Source: Amphiscolops sp. MND2022 (taxonomy: Eukaryota). Taken from it: DNA of 64,000 bases. This document shows, piece by piece, positions 27,501-39,500 of the stretch. Position 1 is the stretch's first letter. Each line of letters starts with the position of its first letter. The stretch is taken from NCBI GenBank assembly GCA_964187785.1, contig OZ076409.1, forward strand, positions 4,590,001 to 4,654,000, read 5' to 3'. The notes beneath the pieces were generated by a model. It was not told where the DNA came from and made no database searches. It saw nothing but the letters and a program-made list of their open reading frames with translations. The position numbers were made by a program, and so were the translations under genes.

Positions 27501-30500
27501 AAATTGTTGATTATTTCCAGCATTTTAGCTTTTCAAATGTCTTTAACTCTCAAAATCGCTTACTTTAGTGTACTTCCATAGGGGATAAGTTCTCTCGGTT
27601 TGAAAAATTGTTGATTATGTCAAGCATTTTAGCTTTTCAAATGTCTTTAACTCAAAATGGCTTACTCCAGTATACTTCCATAGGGGATAAGCTTTGTCGG
27701 TTTGAAAAATTGTTGATTATGTCCAGCATTTTAGTTTTTTGTTTTTAACTCAAAATGACTCACTTTAGTGTACTTCCATAGGTGATAAGTTCTGTTGTTT
27801 CTAAAAATTGTTGATTTTTTCCAGCATTTCAACTTTTCAAATGTCTTTAACTCTCAAAATGGCTTACTTTAGTGTACTTCCATAGGGGATAAGTTCTGTC
27901 GGTTTGAAAAATAATTGATTATGTCCAGCATTTAGGTTTTTATTTGTTTTTAACTCAAAATGGCTTACTTTAGTGTACTTCCATGGGGGATAAGTTCTGA
28001 AAAATTGGTGATTATATCCAGCATTTTAGTTTTTTAAATGTCTAACTCTCCAAAGGTATTCGTTTCGAGTAATTTTTTAAGGGACCTACTATGTTTGATT
28101 GAAAAAATATCGCATGTTTGCGGCATTTTGGTGAACAGTTTGTCTTTGTCTTATGAAATGGTTTTGTTTAGTATTTTTCAGTTTTTATTGATTATTCTTT
28201 CGGTTCCTTGTGCAAATTTTGTTTTCCTCTGATTTGCTATTTGGTAATTTCACTACTCCCATGATGTAGACACAATGTACTGGGTAAGACAGGCCTAACC
28301 CAGCCTGCACAGTACGAGTGTCTACTGGGTTCTTAGTATTGAATGACCCCTCTTGAAGCAGGTAGACCGTTACAGCTCTACGCTTCAAGAATCGGGTTGA
28401 GGTTAACCCTAGACTCCAGTAGACACTCAAAATCTCTTGCACAAGTACTGATTCGATTTGATTCCAATGTTCACTTTTCTTCCCACTTCGATTTAAATAC
28501 CTCTACACTGACTATATGGCGGTATCACTTGTAAATTGTACAATTTCTCTACGTGGCATGGAATTACTGCAATATTGTTTTAATTAATTGTTTTTGAAAT
28601 TAACTAGCTTGCTCCGTCATTTTTTTTACTTTTGCTGACTTCTCTTTTGTCTTGGAAATAGTTTTTTTGGCTATCGTTTTTTTGCTTCTGAAAGGGTATA
28701 AAAGCAGAAATAATCGTGTGCCCCGAAGGGGCCTATTTTTTTAAAAGTGCAGACCAGTTTTTGGTCGGCGCTTTTATAAATAAAAGAGCCCGACTATTAC
28801 AGTCACTCGTTTTTTTTCTTTTTTTTATTCAAGACAGACTCGAAGCGACGAACGTTATCGTTCAACTAAAGGAAACTAAATACCAGGGAAACGCATGTAA
28901 ATTTTTCCAAAGGGTCCCTTTGAGTTTTTTGTTATTAAGCTTTTGTATATTGATCTCAGAATTTTCAATTGAAAATGTTGTAACTTAGTTTTACTTTTTC
29001 GAAAATACTTTTGTCTCCTTCAATCGAGTCCAAATAAAATTTTTACAATCAGATGTCCAATTCATTTATTACAATATTGTACATTCATACACTATTAATG
29101 CCTACGTGGCGATTTTCACTTCACTGATGGGTATCAATGACTGTTTGATAGGTTTGGAAATTGTTTGCGAAGAATTTGGGTTTTTGGAGTCTTAGAAGTT
29201 GAAAGGTTTACAGGACATGTTGGTATATTTTGAGCTCAGTAAACAAAATGACAATTCCTTTTGAAGTCAAAGTGAATCTAATTTTGATTCTGATTTTGAA
29301 GAATGCTTGACGCTTCTCGTGGCAATAAACGTTTCTTTTGGTAGCTAAGGTTTAGAATGAAACAGCATTGTCAGAAACTCCTGATCTCTCGTATGTATTA
29401 AACTGCTAATTCGTCGTCTGATTGATAATCGAATAGTAGCAGAGGAATATCGATACAAGTTCAGAATGCGACGATATTCCATTCCTTATCACAAAAATTT
29501 TCCATAATTTCCGTTGTGTAGTGTTTCATTTTCCGGTCTCCCGAAGATCGATTGATTTTTAAATTTACTGTCACAAAAATTCTTTCCTTGATGATAAAAC
29601 TGTAAATCAGAAAATGTGTGACGTAATACTTGAACGCTAGAAATTGAAACTGCATATGGAATTTACTGATGCTGACCGTTTTGACGTTTCATCCTAAATT
29701 GCTGCTGTAAGTTCACAAAAGTTCCAAAGAATATGAAATTCAGGCTTTTACTGCAATTTGTTAGTGTTTGGACACTGATAGCATTCATCATTCAATATTT
29801 TAATATCTTGTCAATTTCAGCGTTTCCGAAAACGTTTCGGTAGCAGAAATAAGCGGAGAGTCCTTCATTAGTGCAACATTTTACTCAAGCAAACGATATG
29901 AGCATCTCAGAAAAGGGAATCCGCCATTTTTCTTTTTTTAGACATATTTTGCGACACTGGTCAAAGTAAAGCTAGTATGGCATCTTTAGATCTACACGAA
30001 GAGTTTTATCAAGGTTGCCTTTGTTGCTTTATTAGCACGGGTTTTTACCATAACATCCCAATTTGTCAAAATAGGTTGAAATCGATGTTTTCAAAACTTC
30101 ACGACAACAACAACTTCACGATTTATTCTAATGCGAAGACAGTTTCTATGCGCATATTTTCAAACGGCAGTGTACGTGAAATGTTTTGAAGCAACAACAA
30201 GTGTATTCTACTCTCTCCCTAGAACAGTTTGATTTAAATCTGAAAAGTTCTTGTGTTTCACTTGTGTCTGTGTTATATGGAAGACTTCTCACAGACACTC
30301 GCAAGAAGAAAATTGTCAAAAAATACTTTTTATTCATGTTGAAGTCGTTTTTAAGAACAAGTTTGAGAAAGTTTTGAGGAAGACCAAAAGCTTGGCTTCA
30401 ATGTTTGTCCAGAGCGGGGGTCAGTTTGGTCGCTTTTTTACGCTATAAGAGATTAAGTGCCCAAAGTGCACACAGCAACGTCATATCTGGAAATATCATT

Positions 30501-33500
30501 GACTCTTTATGTACACTCGCTTTTGTATATACCTATCTCATATTCTGTTCAACGTTTCGTTCCTATTATAATTTATGGTTACTAAAGCATGTTTTTAGTC
30601 GGCGCTTTATCCTTTTAAGGAAAAATGCCCGACTATAGCAGTGACCATTTTTTTCTTCAGACTACAATCCTCACACTGATCGGCCCACTTTTTAGGGACA
30701 ATCCTGAAACCACCTTAGCACCTGAGGCCAAGTCCGGCCAAGGGAGACTTAGTCCAAAGGGTCCCCCTTTCATTTTTTCACTTTTTCAAAGAAACCTACA
30801 AAACCGGACGTGCCTAAAGGGTCCCCCTTTGGATTTTTTCGGCACTGTGCGACTTTTTTTCGAAAATTTTTCAATGTTCCCAAAGGGTCCCCCCTTCGAG
30901 TTTTTTGATATTTTGCAACGGCATGTATGTTAAAATCCAGAAGGTTCCCCCCGTTTACATTTTATGCGACTTTTTTTGAAAGAATTTTTTTCAAAAATCA
31001 CAAGTTTTTTCCAAAAAAAATGTTTTGCGCTTTTTGAGCCTTAGATATGGCGCCGACTTTAGACGTTCTCGTCTTGTTCAACCATTTAACCATGTTTGAC
31101 TAGTAGTTGACTTCTTTTCCAGGTGCGTCTCAGGGACGGGAGTGTTCTGGACCTGTCAGTGTACAACATGTTCAGGGCGTTCCACATGCCCTGGCCGTGT
31201 CTCAGTGTGGACCCCTTCTCCATGCACGACCCCCCTCAGACACAGTCGCCCTTCGAACTCACCTTCGTGGCCGGGGGTCAGGGTGAGCATCGCCCAGGTC
31301 AGTGTTGCTTCTATTAGTATCAGGTCAAAAAGGAACCTAAATAGGCTATATAACAGATAGTAGTATAGCAGATAGTAGTAGAATAGTATAACAGAAAGCA
31401 GTGATTTTTTAAATCATCAATATCTCCACAACTACGCGTACCAGAGGAACGAACTATAGCGCGTTTGAAAGGTCTGGTACTGGGCTTTCATTTTGGTCAG
31501 TTGAGCCTCTGTCGCCACGCGCCCCATTCTTCAGAATTTTAGTCTCTTTTTCCGGTATCGCCGCTTCCCGAAAAAGAAACCTGAATAGGCTATATATAAC
31601 AGATAGGAAAACAAAACTTTCATCACTGGATTTCGTTGATAAAAGGTTTCACCATGTGCCCCCAGCTCGGGGTGAGAAAAAGTGACAGTGTTTCAAAAAC
31701 AACGTGCAACCAAACTTATAGAAAGCAGGCTGTCTTTTTTGAAAAAAAAAACGGGCAATTGGACTGACAGGTTAATGAAAATTGAACGACCGTTGTTGAA
31801 TTTATGACGTAATTGCATATAGGCACCCTGTTTGTTGTTTTTGCTGAATTTTTTGTGTGCGTAACTGCTATAACAATTGTTGTCAGTAGTACTATTAACG
31901 GTTCTAGGACATTACGCCCGAAAGTTTGATTAAAAATAACTCGGCTTTCCTACCGAGGCGATTTGCGCCCCTCCAGGTCGGCCTTCGTCAAAACCAGGTA
32001 ATGGCATGTCCTCCGTTTCGCTCCGCTGCTGCGTTCAGGGCACTTGAAGTATATCACGGTGGCAGATCACAGTTGTCTTCTTTGGATGTTATTTACTTTC
32101 GAATCTCTCAACTCACCATTATTGGGCCTTGAACAAGTCCTTCATCCCTAGCTTAGTGGTATAATCAACGACAAAAAATGACGCAAATGGCTGAGAAAAG
32201 CAAAACAAAAAGAGCAACGGTGAGCAGTCAGACCTTTGCGACCTTGAGCAAGTCATTTTGAAACCACAGCTTCAAGTCGGCCATTGCTTGACCACTTGGC
32301 TGCAAATATGGTACCATAGCTTGCTGTGGGGAGATAATATCCAAAAAAGGCGCCGGCTCAGAAACCCAGAACTGCCTATTTGGCGTCTACCCCTTGGTGG
32401 TTGGGCGACAATTCGTCCCATTTGTAAAGAGCGATAATTCGTCCTAAATGGTTTTTTTGATCAAATAATTAACAACCTTTTGAAGACTGAAAGCAAAGAA
32501 TTTTAACGTACTAGTCTTGCGATACTAAAGAATGTGAAAGATGGAACTGGTTATTTTTGGTCCCGGTCGGAGAGCCAGTATAAATAAGCTGATCAATACC
32601 GTCTGTCGTAATCATTATTATCTTATTTTGAAATTGATGAAATTGTAATTTCGAAGCAGCCCTCATGAAATAATTGCTAAACTATCTTAAATTTTGGTCC
32701 CTGTCGTGAGCAAAGCTAATGTCACCGGAATGATTGGTCAACGAATTGATGAACTGGTTATGTCCGGTTATTTACATACTATAATTATTATAGTAAATAC
32801 CTGAACTAGATTATAATCTCAATGTATAGCACACTTTTTTAACCAGTGCAATATTCAACTCAATAGGATGGATATTCGAAATTTTGAATATACAAATGCT
32901 TTTGCATGTGATGCATCAACAATTGTTCTTTCTTTTTCTAAAATGGGGCTTTTGCAGATTGTTTGGTGCCCGTTGTTTTGCTTTCAAGTCATTTTGTATT
33001 CAGACCACCGAATTGCTGTATCCGTTTGTTAGTCGGCGCCTTTTCCCTTAAGAAAAAAAGCCCGACTCTTACAGTGAGTAGTTTTTTTTTTGTTTTTTTT
33101 TTCAGGTGACAATCTCACTCTGAGTGGTCCACTTTTCTTACAATTTGTTCATCTTTCATATTTGTTCATCTTTGACCAAGACCAAGCCGGAGAGCGTGGG
33201 TTCGATTCTCGCACTAAACCATAAATTTTTTAATGCTTCCAAAAGTACAGGTGAGACCAAAGGGTCCCCCTTTGGGTTTTTTTCGGCACTATGCGACTTT
33301 TCGAAAATTTTTGAATTTTATCAAAGGGTACCCCTTGCATTTTTTTGAAGTTTTCGGTTTGTAGAAAACGTTGAATGAGCCTAAATTACCTCTTTTTAAG
33401 TTTTTCGGCATTGTGCGACTTTTTTACCAAATACTTTTTTTTGGAAAAAATATTTTTTTTCCAAATATTTCCAATAGTTGTTCCTTGAATATTTTTGAGC

Positions 33501-36500
33501 CTAAGATATGGCGCCGACTTGGGACGTTCCCGTCTTGTTGTCAATTTATCCCACTGTTCAAAAATCAACTGGAAAGTCCTGATTATCTTCTTTCGAACGC
33601 ACTATAAACCGTTTCATTGGACTTGAATAGTTCAGAACAAATTGCGGTTTGAAGTTTATGTACCCGATTTTTGGATGGCTTTTTTTTGGTAAAATGTTTT
33701 TTTTTCATTTTGTGTTTGGAATTGTGGAATTTATCTTCATCATTCTTGGCAAAGCAATTAGTATGATTTCTTCTTCTAAAATAGGGCTTTCAGAGTTTAT
33801 TGTTTTGTTTTCAAGTCCTTTTGTGTTCAGACCACCGACTGTATCTGATCAAGACGAAACTGCACATGAAGCAGATGCGGAAAAGGAAAAAAGCGAAACA
33901 GGGTCCCGATGATGACTCATCTTCGTCATCTTCCTCGGAGAGTGACAGTGCATCCAGCGACGAAGAAATGCAGACGAACAACAAGAAGAAAAAGAAGAAG
34001 AAAGATGCCCCCAAAAAAGGAAATGAAAAAGACAAGGACATGAAAAGCGAGGAAGAAAGAAACAAATTGGCAGAGGAAGCCAACAAGAAAAACTTCATTC
34101 ATTGCATTGGTGAGGCTTAATTTCTTGTGTTCGAGCTGGTTTTTTTGAAAAAACTTGTTTGGATCTTCGATAATTTGTAAAACTTGACATTGTAAGACTT
34201 TGACGCTACACAGAGTTATTAAATTGCATCTTGAATTATTTCGACTACCAGCGTTCAAAAATTTGATCAAAACTTGCTCAAAAGTTGAAAAATAACAAGA
34301 CGGGAACGTCTCAAGTCGGCGCTATATCTAAGGCTCAAATACAATCGAAGGGGGGACCCTTTGGAGACAAAAAAAATTCAAGAAAAAGTCGCAGAGTGCC
34401 GATAAAAATGGAAAGGGGGACACTTTATTCTCATCCGGTTTTGTAGGCTAGTAGGTTACGTTTAAAATTAAAAAACCAAAGGTTTTCGGTTCCATCATGG
34501 AATTCTGCTATTCAATATTTTCTTGAATCGATCTGTTCAGTTACTACTTAGAGAATTTCAAACTTGGTTTAAAAACGCGGTTAAGAGATTCATTTTCCAT
34601 TTGCATTGATGAAATACGGGGGACGGGGGGGTGTGGTTCGGAAAATAGCAAGCTTATTTTGGCAGGTGCGAAACACAAGGGCGTGAGCAACCGAGTGAGG
34701 CAGACTCAACGAGACTTCTCCAACTTCGTGGCTTCATGGTCCAGTTCCGGCTCCGTCCACATTTATGACGTCACCAAAGCACACAACCGCCTCCGGCCTA
34801 CCAAGCCATTCGAATTGGTGAGTGAGTGAGTGAGTAGTCTCAACACAGGGATTGGAAAAAATTGGTGGTTGATGAACAATAAATTGCCATTTTTCAATGA
34901 AAATTCATTGGACCATGTCATCTACCCCCCCCTCCCCCAAACATCGACAGAAGGGGGGTTAGACAGAAAGTTCAAATACCATTATGTCGACATCGTTTGC
35001 GTTGAAATTTGGTCCAATAAAATAATTGATGTCTACATAATCCTATCCATTACATTGACTGTCAGTTACAAGTTGCTCATTAGATTTTATAGCGGACAAA
35101 ATTTGCGCTGAAATAGGGGCTTTTTTATACGATTTTAGTTTGCTCCAAACGTAAATTTTTGCTATTTTGGACAATAATATCAAAAAATTATTGTATTTTT
35201 TTTGCTTGAAGTGTCAAAACAGTGGAGACAATCCTATAAGTATTTACATTCATCTAATATTCTCTTATTGGTGAAATATTTTTATTCAAGAACAAAATGT
35301 GTTTTCGTGTTGGGGGGAAATTCCCAACAAGGTGTACCTGGGAGGGATAGTTGACATTTATTGGGTAAATTTAGACATCAATTATTTGATTGGAAAATAG
35401 GCAATGAAAACCAATTACTTGCAATTTCTAAGCCTACTTTTCGGGCATGCATATATAGCCAAATATGCATTGCTGTAATAGCTGAATGAATTGAATTCAT
35501 ACTTGGCAAATATCAACGTAATTCCAGTCGGATCAAAAACTTGTTCAGACTATCTTTTTTGATAGTGATGTTATAAATGAAGTTTTAAAAAAATGTTTTC
35601 ATTGAAATTATTCGCCAATTAATTGGTCAATTAAATTGTACTTTTTCGAAAATTGCATTTGATTTATTGTGCCATTTTTGAATATCAATTAAATTGCAAT
35701 TGATATTTTCCAATCCCTTAGTCAACACTTAGAACGGAATGAAGTGATTACCAGGGACCGGAAAGAAGGTTTTGACCCGTTCTACTTTAACTAACGGGGG
35801 GTTTTCCAAATAACCTGTTTTCATCTATTTTGCTGATTTTGACCCAATTGACGTAAAAAGTATGGCAGCATGATATATGAACTATAGGCATTTCTCAGAT
35901 TTACAAACCCGGGACTCCACAAAATCCGTCAAAATATGGCTTGTTTCTGTTATGCATCCCTTACATCATGTGAAATTGAGATACTTTTTAGTGTGTCTAA
36001 AGCTGAACACGTTTATTCTGCTAATATTAGCGAACAAGTGTTTATCTCGATTCGCAACAAGGTGTACATGGGGGGATTGAACACATGGTCCAAATTGACT
36101 ACTTTATTGGAGCCTACAGTTTCCAACTGTGGCTGAGTCGGCTGCTTTTCCGAAATTTAATCTTGCTCAAAATGAACATTCATATTATAAATCAGGCTGA
36201 AGTTTCGGACCCTGGGTTTTGTTTGCTTAGTCTGAAATTTTAGCTAAGTTTGTTGTATGAATGTTTATTTTGTGCAAGATTAGTTTTCGGACTCGTGGGA
36301 ATTATAATTAGTTTTCGGACTCGTGAGAAACACCAACCGTTTCACTGAGAACGGAATCAAATTGAAAGTGATTGCTCTTCGAATCACTACTGATCAGAGA
36401 ATTAACGTTGGTACATATTTCGTATCGGACGAAATACACGTATTGTCTTGTACAGTTACACGAACTTCCGATTCACACGGAAATGTCTTCAAAATACCCG

Positions 36501-39500
36501 ATTTACATGAGTAAATGAAGCAATTTCATTGGCTTCCGAAATGAGTATAAAAGTACACGAAAATTTTTTGTACACGATACCGATGCACTAATTCTAGAAA
36601 AACATTTCTATCAGCTATTTAAGCAATTCTGTAAGTGTATTCAAGTTAATCTCACTGCCACTTGCCCCGGTGCCTAACGCGGATTTCCTTATCGGGTGGC
36701 AATATCTCAGAGGGGTACGTGGGTTTCAGTCTCGCACTAAACCAATTTTAGGAGTCGGAAAAAATTTAAACTACTTATACAATCGTGTTGTTTTTTTTCT
36801 CCCGACCTTTTCATGAAAATTTCAAATTTCTCAAAAACTGTCCATACGATTTTCATGAAATTTTGCACAGTCATTCTACACCCAAAAGGGCCCTTGCGTG
36901 CGCAAAGGCATCAAAATTGTATGACTGGAATGTGAGAAACATTGAGCCAAAATTGGCCAAAATTAGCCCAAAAATAGTTATTTTTCGACTTCGATTTTCT
37001 CAAAAACTCTCCATACGATTCTAACGAAAATTTGTACAGTCCTTCTACACCATATTATGGTCCTTTGTGTGTAATTTCATCAAATTCGTATTGCTGGGAT
37101 GTGAGAAACATAGCCAAAATTAACCCAAAAATGGCCAAAAAACAGTCATTTTTCGACTTTTTTTGATTTTTGCAAAAACTGTCCATACGATTCGAACGAA
37201 AATTTCTACAGTCAATTTCTACACCATAGTATGGTCCTATGTGTGCAGTTTCAATAAATTCGTATGACGGACTGGAGCGAGTCAGAAGGAAAAAGACCTA
37301 AGCCGACTCCTTTACCGCATATGCGGCTGGTTTTTGCACATGACGAAGTCAATGTGCATTGCAGTCCAGCTAAGTAAGTTTTTTTCCACTATAGTCAACT
37401 TCATAATGAGCGCCTTTTAGAGAAAAGCCAAAACCCCAGAGAGATTCGAACCTGCAGCCTCCCGATTGCACGGCATAAGTGTTGACCACTGTGCCATAGG
37501 GACGTTATTGAACAAAGTTGAACTGTTGAATATATACGCATGCGATTAAAATAATATATATATACGCATATTAAAATAATCGATGTCTTCGTCTTGTGTT
37601 GCGAAGCACCGCTTCGCCTCTGTGTTAATGCTTGCAAACGTTGAATGGAGACCAAAAGTTCACCCCCTTTGGGTTTTCCGGCACTATGTTACTATTTATC
37701 TGATTTTTTGAACCGAAATCCTCTCCCTCGAATTTAGCAGGAAAAAAAGCGTTTTGCGGGCAAAGAGGGCCACTTTGACTTTCTTCGGTACTGCGATTCA
37801 CAGCAGTAAAAAAATTGTTAAACAAGTTATAAAATGTTTGGAGTTTTTTCTACACAGTTTTGTTGAGGTTTCCTGCCAACGAAACCCGTTTTCCAAGTCT
37901 GACGGGTGACCTCTTCGATTTTTTGGTCCTCTGGAGCAGGTGAGTTTTTCAAAAATTGTGGAAATGGCCTGCGGCGAATTTGAAGCTCTTCTTTCGGTAC
38001 TATGAGACTTTTCCGATTTTTTTTTCGAGAAGTATTAATTTTTGAAAAATTTATGTTTTTGGTGTTTCCAGTTGGAAAAGTGGTTCTTGAGTTTTATGGG
38101 TGTCCCTTTGGGTGTTTCCCAGCTCTGTACATTTGATAACATTCTGATAACATTCTGACAATAGTGTCTCTTGATTTTTGTGAACCTTGAGCGGGGCACC
38201 AAATTGGGCCGCCCGGCTTGTTGTAGTTCGTGGTTGATGGGTTGATCGTACAACTGCTAATCACTACTACCAGAGTTTTGACACCGCTAATTTGGGAATT
38301 AGCGGTCACACGAAATTTTTTCAGTGATTCTATTAGCAATTCAAATTAGATTGTCCAAAAATTACTTCAGAGCACTTGAGAGTTCGAAATTTTCACACGC
38401 ATTTTTAAATATTCGAACTCTTGACGATATAAAACCCTCACAGTATAAAAAAATCATGTTTTTTTCTTGCAAAAATTTAATTATTCAAGTTACCTTTTGA
38501 TTTTTTTCTTGCAAAAACTAAGTAAGTTACCATTTGATTTCTTGTTGAAAACTTTCAAGAACATGCTAAAACATGCTTGAAGTCAAACATTGAATAGAAG
38601 AAAAACTTGTTCAACGGAATAGCGATTTAGAAAATAGCGATTAGCGATGTCAAAACCTTCACTACTACTGCTACTACTACTACTGTTTCTTTCCACAGAC
38701 GTTTGATGATTCACTCAAGCCGGTGCAGAGCTACCAAGGGCACAGCGGGGAGGGCTACGGACTGGACTGGTGCAAGACCAACCCCCTGAGGATAGCCTCT
38801 GGCAACTGCAAGGGCGAGTTGCATGTGTGGGAACTGCACAACAATGGCACTGAGATACTCGGCAGTGCCCTCAACTTCAACAAGAGCAGAGCCTCCATAG
38901 AAGGTAATTTCCACCAATTCAGATAATAAAGAAATTTTTAGTCGGCGCTTTTCTTCAGAAAAGAGTCGACTATAGTCATGGCTTTTCGTCCGTGTTTTTT
39001 TCTATACACCTGAAGTGATCAAATTAGTTTTACCTAAAGTTCTACAAAATTTTTAGAAGACTCCAAATTGTACCTGTTGGCCCAAGGAACTGAACCAAAA
39101 AGGTTTCCCGCGTAACATAAATACGGGACGAGACTAAAGCGTCCCCCTTTTAGTTTTTTCGGCATTGTGAAACTTTTTTTCATGAAAAGGTCCTCCTTCA
39201 ATATTTTAACGTATTGCGATAGAATGGATGTTGAAAATCCCAAAAGGTCCCCTTCAATTTTTTTCGGCATTGTTAGACTTTTTCAATTTTTTTCGGGTGC
39301 TGTAGAAGAGAATACTTTGACTCTTTGAAGTCCTTTTGTTGTTTTTGAGCCTTAGATTCTGCGCCGACTTGGGCCGGTCCCGGCTTGTTCGTTTCAATTC
39401 TAGTTTTGGTCGCCAAGTGATTTAACTGGAATCTTGATGTTGAAAAAGTGAAATGTGTATGTTAATCTGTTTCTTCATCCAGACATCCAGTGGTCGCCGG

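Noticed and set aside
11375..28050. CRISPR array
   Set aside because: No unique spacers; whole monomers repeat, there are no cas genes, and the context is eukaryotic.
29000..30400. Possible decayed coding relic on the minus strand
   Set aside because: No sustained frame or motif I can identify; needs a translated search.
32100..32430. SINE core-like motifs (ccttgagcaagtca, aaatatggtacc)
   Set aside because: Only short motif resemblance; no clear A/B boxes or boundaries.
37425..37503. Functional tRNA gene (also 41016-41080)
   Set aside because: Acceptor and anticodon stems do not pair; treated as SINE heads or pseudogenes.
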